Assembly: GCF_051105105.1 (NCBI RefSeq)
Contig: NZ_CP185339.1
Length of the DNA: 64,000 nucleotides
Direction: 5' to 3' (one strand)
Origin: Nannocystis pusilla
Lineage (GTDB): Bacteria; Myxococcota_A; Polyangia; Nannocystales; Nannocystaceae
Part shown: positions 1 to 9,400 of the stretch, one piece after another
How positions within the stretch are numbered: the stretch's first letter is position 1
How the letters are laid out: every line of letters starts with the position of its first letter
Program-made: the position numbers and the translations under genes
The notes under the pieces: model-generated
The model's input: only the letters and a program-made list of their open reading frames with translations
What the model was told of the DNA's origin: nothing
Databases searched by the model: none

Positions 1-51
1 CACGATGCCGGCGCCGATGCCCCGCGAGCCTCCGGTGACGAAGAAGTTCAT
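1..51 (-). CDS. short-chain dehydrogenase/reductase, 3-oxoacyl-ACP reductase-like (only the first 17 codons; the gene runs off the left edge)
   Basis: The reverse strand from 51 reads MNFFVTGGSRGIGAGIV, the TGxxxGIG Rossmann fingerprint of SDR/FabG enzymes. Its ATG lies 9 nt after the ketosynthase stop, so it looks operonic. Confidence 0.45.
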   Translation of the reverse strand, partial: MNFFVTGGSRGIGAGIV

Positions 52-59
52 GGCGCGGC

Positions 60-1372
60 TCACAGGCTGTTCGGGTCCCACCGGCGGTACAGAGCGCAGC
101 AATTGAGGCCGCCGAAGCCGAACGAGTTCTTGACCATCAGGTCGATGCGGTGCTCCACCGCCTTGTTGGCGCACACGTCGAGGTCGACCTCGGGGTCGAG
201 CTCGTCGATGTTGATCGACGGGTGCAGCACGCCGCCGCGCATCTGCAGCAGCGCCGCCACGGTCTCGACCGCCGGCGCCGACCAGCAGGTGTGGCCGAGC
301 ATCGACTTCGGCGCGTTGATCTTGAGCTTCTTGGCGTGGTCGCCGAAGACCTTGCGGATCGCGTTGAGCTCGGACAGGTCGCCGAGCGGCGTGCTGGTCG
401 CGTGGGCGCACACGAAGTCGACCTCGTCGGGCCGCACCTGCGCGCGCCGCAGCAGCCGCTCGAGCGTGCGCGCCTGGCCCTCGGTCGACGGCGACGGCAG
501 GTGGCAGCCGTCCGACGTTCGAGGTGCAGCCGAGCACCTCGGCGTAGATCGTCGCGCCGCGCTTCAGCGCGTGGCCGAGCTCCTCGAGCACCAGCGCGCC
601 GGCGCCGTGCGACGGCACGAAGCCCTCGCGCCGCGAGTCGTAGGGCCGGCTGGCCAGCTCGGGCGTGTCGTTGAAGCTCTCGAAGGTGATGGCGCCGAGC
701 AGCGCCATCGCGTGCACGCCCATCTGCGAGAAGTCGAGCACCGCGCCGACCACCATCGCCATGTCGTGGTCGTGGTGGCGGATCTCGTCGATCGCGTTGC
801 GCAGGGCCACGTTCGCGCTGGCGCACGCGCCCCCGAGCGTGTAGCAGGCGCCCTTCCAGCCGAGCATCTCGCTCACCGAGCCGGCGTGGTCGGTGTCGAG
901 CATGTGCAGCGCCGCCATCGAGTCGATGTAGTCGGGGTCTTCCGTCTGGAAGGTGACGTAGTTGTCGGCGAAGTAGCGCTCGTTGAGGTTGTGGCCGCCG
1001 ACCAGCACCGCGCAGCGGGTCGGGTCCGCGACCTCGACCATGCCGGCGTCGCGCCAGGCATCGGCCGCGCACAGCACCGACAGCGACGTTCGAGAACGGC
1101 GCCTTGTTGCACAGCTGGCGGGCCCGCTTGTGCACCTCGGCCGGCAGCACGTCGCGCAGGCGCGCCAGCTTGGCCTTGACGTCGTACTCCGACAGATCGC
1201 CGCCGATCTTCGAGTACACGCCGTCGTTGTTGTGCCACTTCCAGCGCGTGATCGCCGACTTGCCGGCGACGAGGTTGGCGTAGAAGGTGTCGAGATCGTC
1301 GCCCAGGGGCGTGTTGATGCCGAGGCCGGTGATGACCACGCGGCGGGGCGATTGTGCCTGCGATGAGACCAT
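60..1372 (-). CDS. beta-ketoacyl-ACP synthase (KAS I/II or PKS ketosynthase-like); reading frame broken twice by a 7-nt GACGTTC insertion (possible pseudogene or sequence artefact)
   Basis: N-terminal RRVVITGLGINTPLG and C-terminal DFVCAHATSTPLGDLSELNAIRKVFG...GHTCWSAPAVE...NSFGFGGLNCCAL are KAS hallmarks, but they lie in different frames. Removing the heptamers at 514-520 and 1085-1091 gives a continuous KAS with ...IYAEVLGCTSDGCHLPSPS... and ...PFSLSVLCAADAWRDAG... Confidence 0.8.
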
Positions 1373-1392
1373 GCGTGCTCTTCTGGGGGGAG

Positions 1393-1946
1393 TCAGTCCA
1401 TCAAGTAGACCTCGAACACCGCGAGGGCCTGGACCTCCTCGCCGCGGAGGGCCTGGCCGACGCAGGTCGAGACGTAGTCGCTGTGCTCGAGCGAGCGGGC
1501 GAGCAGCGTCAGCCGGTCGCCCGGGCGAACGCCGCCCTGGAACAGGGCGTGGTGGACCTTGAGCAGCCGCAGGCGCGCCGGCGCGTCCGCGGCGTCGATG
1601 CTGGCTGTCCCTTTGGCCATGAGGTGCAAGAGACAGATCCCGAGCTGCCCGATCGCCTCGACCAGCAGCACGCCCGGGTACACCGGGTCGCCGGGGAAGT
1701 GGCCGGCGAACACCGCGTCGCCGGCGTCGATCGTCCGCACGCCGCGGATCATGCCCGGGTCCTCGGGCGTGCGCGGCAGCTCGACCGCGTCGATCGCGTC
1801 GACGAACAGGAACGGGTCGCGGTGCGGCAGCATGCGCTCGATCGCGGCGCGGCCGAACTCGACCCGCGTGCTGCCCTCTCCGGGCACGAACACGGGCCGC
1901 CGGCGGAGCTGCTTGATCAGCGCGTCGAGGCCGCTCAGCTCGTCCA
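1393..1946 (-). CDS. 3-hydroxyacyl-ACP dehydratase, FabZ/FabA hotdog family (start codon uncertain)
   Basis: LPHRDPFLFVD and HFPGDPVYPGVLLVEAIGQLG match the FabZ catalytic His/Glu region. The start is placed at the GTG that overlaps the upstream acyltransferase stop. Confidence 0.65.
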
Positions 1947-2945
1947 CGACGCCTCCTGAGCCACGTCCTTGCGGGGGGTCGGCGGCAGGTGCTGGCGCAG
2001 CGCCGCGAGCACGCCGGCCAGGTGCCCGGCCGCGTCGTCGCGGTTGTCGGTGGCGTACTTCGGACGCGACGACCACTTGCGGTCGAGCAGGTTGTGCAGC
2101 ACCTGGCGCGGGCCGACCTCGACGAACACCGCGCCCGGGTGACGCTCGGTGACGCGGTCGATCGACTTGCGCCACAGCACCGGCGTGTGCACGTGCTCCT
2201 CGAGCAGGTCGACGAACACGCCCGGCCCCGGCGCCGGCACGAACTCGCCGCGGCGGTTCGGCAGGTACGGCAGCCGCGGGGCCTTGAAGCGCGCGCGCTG
2301 CAGGTGCGGGCGCAGGGCCGCGCCGACCGACTCGAACAGCGACGAGTGCATCGGCACCTGGCGCTCGATGATCGTCGGCACCACGTAGTGCTCGTCCTCC
2401 AGCAGCGCGACCGCGGCCTCGACCGCGGCGGCGTCGCCCGACAGCACGTGCTGCTTCGGCGAGTTGAGGTTGACGATCTCGAGCACCCCGAGGCCCTGGC
2501 CGCGGATCTGCTCGACCACCTCCTCGAGCGTCTCGAGGTCGAGCGGCTGGACCGAGGCCATCATCCCGCGCGGGCCGGCGTCGTAGGCCTCGCCGCGGGC
2601 CTGGACCAGGCGCAGCGCCTCCGGCAGCTCGAGCGCGCCGATGTGGACGAGATGGTTGTACTCGCCGAGCGACAGCCCCAGCGACAGCTCGGCGTCGACG
2701 CCCTCGGCCTGCAGGAGGCTGAGCATCATGTGGTTGGCGACGAACACGCCGACTTGGACGTCGACGTTGCGATCGAACGCCGTCGGGTTGTCCTCGCTGG
2801 TGTGCGCGTCGAGGTCGCGGCCGAGCACGTCGTTGCAGCGCGCCAGCACCTCGGCGGCCCGGCGGTGCAGCCGGGCCAGCTTGCCGAGCATCCCGGGGTA
2901 GCGTGAGCTCTGCCCTGGGAACATGAACACCAGCGTCGTCTTCAT
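1935..2945 (-). CDS. malonyl-CoA:ACP transacylase / acyltransferase domain protein (FabD-like)
   Basis: FMFPGQSS at the N-terminus and GLSLGEY (the GxSxG nucleophile elbow) are the MCAT/AT-domain fingerprints. The 336-aa ORF is intact. Confidence 0.75.
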   Translation of the reverse strand: MKTTLVFMFPGQSSRYPGMLGKLARLHRRAAEVLARCNDVLGRDLDAHTSEDNPTAFDRNVDVQVGVFVANHMMLSLLQAEGVDAELSLGLSLGEYNHLVHIGALELPEALRLVQARGEAYDAGPRGMMASVQPLDLETLEEVVEQIRGQGLGVLEIVNLNSPKQHVLSGDAAAVEAAVALLEDEHYVVPTIIERQVPMHSSLFESVGAALRPHLQRARFKAPRLPYLPNRRGEFVPAPGPGVFVDLLEEHVHTPVLWRKSIDRVTERHPGAVFVEVGPRQVLHNLLDRKWSSRPKYATDNRDDAAGHLAGVLAALRQHLPPTPRKDVAQEASWTS

Positions 2946-2967
2946 CGTGCCCCCTACCCTGTCCCGC

Positions 2968-4243
2968 TCACTCGGCCGCCCCGTCGACGCGGCCGCGGAT
3001 GATCGTGTCCTCGAGGATCTCGAGCGCGCGGTCGAGGTCGGCGCGCGTGTGCGCGGCCGTGATCGCGACGCGGAAGCGCAGCCCGTCCTCGGGCACCGAG
3101 GGGTAGTCGACCGGCGCGAGGAACAGCCCGCGACGGTGGAGCGTGCGCGTCAACTCATACAGCCGGCGGCGATCCGATCCGACCAGTAATTGGCACCACC
3201 TGACTCGAGCCGTGCCCGAGGTCGAGGCCGATCTGCTGCGCCTTCTCGCGGAAGTAGCGGGTGTTGGCCCACAGCGTCTCGCGCAGCGAGTTGTCGCGGG
3301 TCGCCACCTCGAGCGCCTTGCGGAGCCCGGCCACCACCGCCGGCGGCAGCGCGCAGCTGAAGCCGTAGGCGTTGATGTAGTAGCGCATGTACTGCAGCAG
3401 CGCGCGCGGCCCGACGGTGAAGCCGCCGCAGCCGGCGAACGCCTTGCTGAAGGTCGCGAACTGCAGGCCGATCGACTTCTCGGCCCCGTAGTGCTCGACC
3501 ACGCCGCGGCCGCTCGCGCCGTACACGAGGATCGAGTGGGCCTCGTCGATCAGCACGCCGACGCCGTGCTTCTCGGCCACCGGCAGCAGCTTCGGCAGAT
3601 CGGCCGTGTCGCCGTCCATCGAGTACACGCCCTCGACCACCACCAGCCGGCGCGCGCCCTCGCTGTCGGTCAGCGCCTGGTCGAGCGAGTCGGGGTCGTT
3701 GTGGTCGAAGAACACCAGCTTGGCGCGCGACAGCTTGGCGCCGTCGATCGAGCACAGGTGGGTCTTGGCGTCGAGGATGGCCACGTCGCCCTTGCGCAAC
3801 ACGCCGGCGAGCGTGCCCATTCCCCCGGCGAAGCCGCTGTTGAAGAGGATGCAGTCCTCCTGGCCGAGGAACGCCGCCAGCTCCTGCTCGAGCCCGCGGT
3901 GCAGATCCGACAACCCCGACAGCAGCGGCGATCCGCAGGCCCCGGTGCCGTAGGTGCGCAGGGCCTCCTGCGCCGCCTCGACGACCTCCGGGTGCGTCGC
4001 CAGCCCGAGGTAGTTGTACGAGCTGAGGTTGATGACGTCGCTGCGTTCGCCGGCGCGTTCGATCGCCATGCGCGGTGCGACGGCCCCCAACATGTGGGGC
4101 TCGTACATCGACATCGCCCAGGAGCCGGCCTCGGCCCACTGCACGAAGCCCTCGGGCGGACGGAGCGGATCGTCGCTGTCCGAGAAGTAGAAGTCGGCCA
4201 AACTGTGCTCGGCTTCGCGGCCCATCACGGAACTCCCCGGCAT
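2968..4243 (-). CDS. alpha-oxoamine synthase family PLP enzyme (serine palmitoyltransferase / KBL / BioF-like); apparent +1 frameshift near 3170-3180
   Basis: NLSSYNYLGL, the Spt/AONS signature, and FSKAFAGCGG, the PLP-lysine region, are present. The C-terminal 61 aa (RFRVAITAAHTRADLDRALEIL) sit in another frame. A single extra base, in the reverse-strand string ccaattActggtc, accounts for the shift. Confidence 0.75.
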
Positions 4244-4672
4244 GTCGGGGCCCGGGCGTAGTTACAGCGAAAGTATCGCGGCTGTCACGGAAATTTTGTT
4301 CCTCAGCGCATGCGGATCCACGTGCAGCGCGCGCTGTCGCGTCGTTGCACGTGTTGCAGATTGCGACGCGCTGGCCTTATCGGCGAACTATTTAAACCGG
4401 TGCATAAAATGATGCGCCTCGATACGGCCGCATGCGGCTGCATCGGCCGCTGGTAGTTAATCTCGAGTGCAACAATCTCCACGCCCTGCAGCGAACTCGA
4501 CGGCCGAGTCGCGCTCGCGCTCGCGTGTGGACTGCGAAATGCGTCGCACACTGGCTGTATGTCACGCATGCTGCGGACAGGAGACCGCGATCGAAGCGGC
4601 GCGTGGTGAAGCTCTCGAGCTCGTGTCATCGCCTTGACGTTCGACGCATGGCGGTGGGTAATCCCCCGCTTC

Positions 4673-5768
4673 GTGCGCACGAAGGTCCTCGTCACCGGCG
4701 CGAACGGCTTCATCGGCAGTCACCTCGTCGATCGTCTGCTCGCGGGCGGCGACGAGGTGCGGGCGATGGTCCGCGCCAGCGCCAACCTCGACAACCTCGC
4801 CGACGCGCTCGCGCGGACCGACGCGCGGCCCGAGCTCGTGCGCGCGTCGCTGGCCGACGTTCGACGCGATGGCGGCCGCGTTCGACGGCGTCGACATCGT
4901 CTATCACGTGGCCGGCCTGACCGCCGCGTTCACCCGCGACGAGTTCGCGCGGGCCAACGCGGCCGGCGTCGCCAACGTGCTCGCGGCGATCCGCCAGGCC
5001 CCGCGACGGCCGCGGCGGCTGGTCTACGTGTCGTCGCTGATGGCCGCCGGCCCGTCGCACCCCGAGGTCGCGCGCCGCGAGCACCACGCTCCGCGCGTCG
5101 GCTACACGCTCTACGGCGACAGCAAGCTCGACGGCGAGCGGCTGGTCTTCGCCGCCGCGCGCACCGGCGACGTCGAGGCCGTGATCGTGCGTCCGCCCGC
5201 GGTCTACGGCCCGCGCGACCTCGACATGTTGCAGATGATCCGCTCGGCCAAGTTCGGGTTGATCGCCCAGCCCGGCCTGCGCCCCGCGTGGATGTCCTTC
5301 ATCCACGCCTTCGACCTCGTCGAGGGCATCGCCCGCGCCGGCGCTCGCGGCCGCCCGATCCCTCGCGACGGCGAGCACGTGCTCGCCGATCAGGGCAGCC
5401 CCTTCGACCATGTCCCCGAGGACATCTCGCACCCCGCCGGCGCCGGCATCTACTACTTGACCGACGGCCAGCGCAGCACCGTCGTCGAGTTCGGCCGGGC
5501 CGCCGCCGCCGCGCTCGGCCGGCGGGCGCTCGCGCTGCCGATGCCGCAGGCCGCGGTGTGGACCGTCGCCGGCATCAACCACGCGATCGGCCGCCTGCGC
5601 GGCAAGGCCCCCGCGCTGACGCTCGACAAGGCCCGCGGCAGCATGGCGCCGGGCTGGTGGTGCGACGACAGCCGAGCCGTGCGCGAGCTCGAGTACGCCC
5701 CGCAGTGGCCGCTCGCGCGAGGGCTCGAGCACACCGTCGCGTGGGCCCGCTCCGTCGGTCGCCTGTGA
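4673..5768 (+). CDS. NAD-dependent epimerase/dehydratase (extended SDR); frame broken by a GACGTTC heptamer at 4856-4862
   Basis: VLVTGANGFIGSHLVDRL (Rossmann fold) and YGDSK (YxxxK catalytic motif) are present. After ...ASLAD the frame jumps to MAAAFDGVDIVYHVAG...; deleting the heptamer gives a continuous ...ASLADAMAAAFDGVD... The GTG start at 4673 is inferred. Confidence 0.75.
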
Positions 5769-6047
5769 CGCTTCGCGTCGACCTCGACGCGTGAAGGAGC
5801 GCCGGCGTCCGCGAACCGAGCCGCGACCGCGAGGACGAGGGTTGTTCCGAGGGCTCCGACGTGGATCGCGGCGTCGACCCGGACATCGGCTCCTGTCGCT
5901 CCGGAGGTTGCGATCTCGCGGTGATTCCGCAGTCGACTCCGGGGCGTCGCGAGCTGGACGACCGCACGTCACGCGCGGGCGCGTCCGGCGGGTCTTCGCG
6001 CCCTCGGGTTCGACCGCGCGGCCGACGTGGAGTAAGACCAGCGCGTC

Positions 6048-7172
6048 ATGCTCCGCCCTTCGGTCGCCGACATCGCCTTCGACGCCGCCCTCTTCGACTC
6101 TCTGCGCAGCGCCCTCGCCCGCGGCGAGCTCAGCCCCACGCGCGCCCGTCTGACCGCCCCGCCGCGGCCGCTCGGCGACGACGTCCTGCTCGACCTCGGC
6201 CGCGCCGACGCCCGGCCCGGCTGGCGCGCGCGCGGCCAGGATGCCCTCGGCGCGCGCAAGGTCGCCGCCCTGATCTTGAACGGCGGCATGGCCACGCGCT
6301 TCGGCGGCGTCGTCAAGGGCGTCGTCCCGGTCTTGCCCGATCGACCTGACCTCTCGTTCCTCGCCGTCAAGCTCGCCGGCGTCCGCGCGGCCGGTGTGCC
6401 GGCCGTCGTGATGCACAGCTTCGCCACCCGGGCTGCCTCCGGCGATCACCTCGCCACCATCGGCTGGTCCGGCGTCCCTGCCGACGACCGCCACGAATTC
6501 TTGCAGTCCTTGATGCCGCGCGTCGTGCCCGACGGCACCCCGCTCGTCAGCCTGCCCGGCGCCGACCTCTTGCCCGACACCACCGTCTACGCCGCACCCG
6601 GCCACGGCGACACCCTCCGGCGCGTGCGCGACAGCGGCGTCGTCGCCGAGCTGCGGCGCCGCGGCGTCGAGCACCTCCTCGTCTCCAACGTCGACAACCT
6701 CGGCGCCTCCCTCGATCCCACCGTCCTCGGCGCCCACCTCGACGCCGTCGACGGCGGCGCCGAGCTCAGCGTCGAGGTCGTCGCACGCGCCCCCGACGAC
6801 GCCGGCGGCTGCGTCGCCGAGGTCGACGGCCGCGCCACCATCATCGAGTCCTTCCGCCTGCCCCCCGGCGTCTCCCTGGCCCAGTATCCGCACTTCAACA
6901 CCAACACCCTGTGGATCTCCCTGGCCGCCCTCGAGCGCCCCTACCCGCTCACCTGGTTCCCCGTCGAGCGCTCCGTCGAGTGGCCCGGCCGCGACGACCA
7001 GCCCGTCATCCAGTTCGAACAGCTCATCGGCCAGATCACCGAGTTCGCCCGGACCGCCTGCCTGCGGGTCGACCGCGCCCGCTTCCTCCCGATCAAGACC
7101 CGCGACGACCTCGCCGCCGCCCGCCCCGCGATGACCGAGATCGTCCGCAGCGTCGGCCTCGATCCCGGCTGA
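6048..7172 (+). CDS. UTP--glucose-1-phosphate uridylyltransferase family protein (UDPGP, PF01704-like)
   Basis: LNGGMATRFGG...KG, the nucleotide-binding loop of UDP-sugar pyrophosphorylases. The 374-aa ORF is intact. Confidence 0.7.
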   Translation: MLRPSVADIAFDAALFDSLRSALARGELSPTRARLTAPPRPLGDDVLLDLGRADARPGWRARGQDALGARKVAALILNGGMATRFGGVVKGVVPVLPDRPDLSFLAVKLAGVRAAGVPAVVMHSFATRAASGDHLATIGWSGVPADDRHEFLQSLMPRVVPDGTPLVSLPGADLLPDTTVYAAPGHGDTLRRVRDSGVVAELRRRGVEHLLVSNVDNLGASLDPTVLGAHLDAVDGGAELSVEVVARAPDDAGGCVAEVDGRATIIESFRLPPGVSLAQYPHFNTNTLWISLAALERPYPLTWFPVERSVEWPGRDDQPVIQFEQLIGQITEFARTACLRVDRARFLPIKTRDDLAAARPAMTEIVRSVGLDPG

Positions 7173-7224
7173 CGCAGGCCCTCGCGCGCACCCGGCCTCA
7201 TCCTCGGCCCCCGCCCGCGCAGCG

Positions 7225-7307
7225 GCATGCCCGAAGGGACATGCCCGATTCGACATGTCCTTCTCGCCATGTCCATCACGACATGCCGCGAAGGACATGT
7301 CCAGTAG
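7225..7307. repeat. tandem array of six units of about 14 bp, each GACATGYCC plus a 4-7 nt spacer
   Basis: gcatgcccgaagg / gacatgcccgattc / gacatgtccttctcgc / catgtccatcac / gacatgccgcgaag / gacatgtccagtag. It lies in the intergenic region after the UDPGP gene, about 460 bp upstream of pgi. Confidence 0.8.
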
Positions 7308-7767
7308 TTTCCCCAGCCCTCTCGCGTCCCCACCGCCATTCGCCGCCCCGGAGCCGTCCGCCGCGCCGCCCGTCGCCGCGCACTGACGAGCGCCGGATGG
7401 GTCTCCAGGAGGTCCGAGCGATGGGCGGCCGGCCCCGGCCGTCCATCGCTCGGAGAGCCCTCCCCGCGCCGCGCCCTCCCGACAGCGGAGCCCACGACCG
7501 GCGCTCGGGCCACCCACGAGGCTAGCCGTGCAGCGGTCGGGGACGTGGGTCGGCGCCCATCCGCAGCGAGATGCGCCCGACGAAGGAGGGTGCATCCGCG
7601 AGGACTGGGCGCCGGCCCGCGTCCCCGACCGCCCGCGAGGCGGCCTCGGCAGTTCGCGAACCCCCGCGAAGCAAGCGCAACGAACCCCCGAAGCAAAGGC
7701 CGCCCGCCCGAGGCCTGGCGTCCCCAGGCTCCCCGCGAGCGCCGACGCTGCTATAAAGCGCGCCGAC

Positions 7768-9357
7768 ATGGCCGACGCACTCGACCACTATCTCACCTGG
7801 CGCCTTTACCGTGCCGAACTCGACATCGAGCTCGACTTCGCCGACGCCCAGCTCGACGAGCCCGCGCTGACCGCCAGCGCCCCGCGGCTCGAGGCCGCGC
7901 TGGACGCCCTTCACCGGATCGAGGGCGGCGCCGTCGCCAACGCCGACGAGGGCCGCATGGTCGGGCACTACTGGCTGCGCGACCCGGAGCGCGCCCCCGA
8001 TCCCGCGATCACTCAGGCCATCCACGACAGCTGGCGGCAGATCGAGGCCTTCGCCGCCGGCGTGCGCGGCGGCCAGATCCTCGCCGACGACGATCGGCCG
8101 TTCACCGGCGCCATCCTCGTCGGGATCGGCGGCAGCGCTCTCGGCCCGCAGCTGCTCGAGGCCGCCCTCACCGCGCGGGACAGCGGCCCCGGCTTCAGCC
8201 TGCGCGTCCTCGACAACACCGACCCGGCCGGCATCGCCGACCTGCTCGCAGAGACAGGTACGCTCGCGCAGACCTTGATCCTCGTCGTCTCCAAGTCGGG
8301 CTCCACCGTCGAGACGCGCAACGGCATGCTCGAGCTGCGGGCCGCCTGCGCCCGGCAGGCGATCGAGTTCCCCAAGCGGGCGATCGCCATCACCCTCGAG
8401 GGCAGCGCGCTCGATCAGCTCGCGCAGCGCGAGGGCTGGCTGGCGCGCTTCCCCATGTGGGACTGGGTCGGCGGGCGCACCAGCGTGCTCTCGCCGGTCG
8501 GCCTGCTGCCGGCGGCGCTGCTCGGCCACGACTGGCGCGGCCTCCTGCGCGGCGCCGCGGCGATGGACCAGTGGGGCCGCGTGCGGCCGGCGCGGCGCAA
8601 CCCGGCCGCCCTGCTCGCCTGGCTGTGGCACCAGCAGGGCTCCGGACATGGCCTTCGGGACATGGTCATTTTGCCATACAAGGATCGCCTGTCGCTGCTG
8701 TCGCGCTACCTGCAGCAGCTGGTGATGGAGTCGCTCGGCAAGCGGCTCGACCGCCAGGGGCGCGAGGTGTGGCAGGGGCTCGCGGTCTACGGCAACAAGG
8801 GCTCGACCGACCAGCACGCCTACGTGCAGCAGCTGCGCGACGGCCTGCACAACTTCTTCGCGGTGTTCGTGCGGGTGCTCCGCGACCTCGACGGCCAGGT
8901 CACGGGCCCGGGCATGGTCGAGGTCGAGCCGCAGGTGAGCTCGGGCGACTGCCTCGACGGCTTCTACCAGGGCACCCGCGCCGCGCTCGCCGAGCGCGGT
9001 CGGGCCAGCGCGACGATCGTCCTGCGCCAGGTCGACGCCGCCGCCGTCGGCGCCTTGATCGCGCTGTTCGAGCGCGCGGTCGGGATCTACGCCGAGCTCA
9101 TCGACGTCAACGCCTACCACCAGCCCGGCGTCGAGGCCGGCAAGCAGGCGGCGAAGGGCGTGCTCACGCTGCAGGCCGCGGTGCTCGCCGCGCTGCCGGG
9201 CGGCTCTGGAGGCAAGACCGCGCGCGAGCTCGCCGAGGCGCTCGGCGCCGACCCCGTGGCGGTGTGGCAGGTGCTGCGTCACCTCGCCAGCAACGGCCGC
9301 GTGAGCGTCGACAGCCTCGTCGATCCGGCGGCTGCACAGTTCGCGCGCGCGCCTTGA
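7768..9357 (+). CDS. pgi: glucose-6-phosphate isomerase
   Basis: Carries the SIS-domain PGI motifs (ILVGIGGSALGP, LVVSKSGSTVET, ESLGKR, HAYVQQL). The ORF track starts earlier at 7528, but the first convincing start is the ATG at 7768 (MADALDHYL). Confidence 0.85.
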   Translation: MADALDHYLTWRLYRAELDIELDFADAQLDEPALTASAPRLEAALDALHRIEGGAVANADEGRMVGHYWLRDPERAPDPAITQAIHDSWRQIEAFAAGVRGGQILADDDRPFTGAILVGIGGSALGPQLLEAALTARDSGPGFSLRVLDNTDPAGIADLLAETGTLAQTLILVVSKSGSTVETRNGMLELRAACARQAIEFPKRAIAITLEGSALDQLAQREGWLARFPMWDWVGGRTSVLSPVGLLPAALLGHDWRGLLRGAAAMDQWGRVRPARRNPAALLAWLWHQQGSGHGLRDMVILPYKDRLSLLSRYLQQLVMESLGKRLDRQGREVWQGLAVYGNKGSTDQHAYVQQLRDGLHNFFAVFVRVLRDLDGQVTGPGMVEVEPQVSSGDCLDGFYQGTRAALAERGRASATIVLRQVDAAAVGALIALFERAVGIYAELIDVNAYHQPGVEAGKQAAKGVLTLQAAVLAALPGGSGGKTARELAEALGADPVAVWQVLRHLASNGRVSVDSLVDPAAAQFARAP

Positions 9358-9400
9358 CGCGCGAGACGTCGCGGCGAAGGGCGAGTATCCTGCCGCGCCC

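Noticed and set aside
4244-4672. A tRNA or small RNA gene in the AT-richer intergenic regions (4244-4672 and 13864-14060)
   Set aside because: Inspection finds no cloverleaf-compatible acceptor/T-arm pairing and no recognisable Rfam-like structure. These regions are better explained as divergent promoter regions with operator palindromes.
7225-7307. A CRISPR array as an explanation for the short tandem repeats
   Set aside because: The units are 13-15 bp with 4-7 nt spacers, far below CRISPR repeat and spacer lengths. No cas genes are present in the window, and the same units occur singly throughout it.
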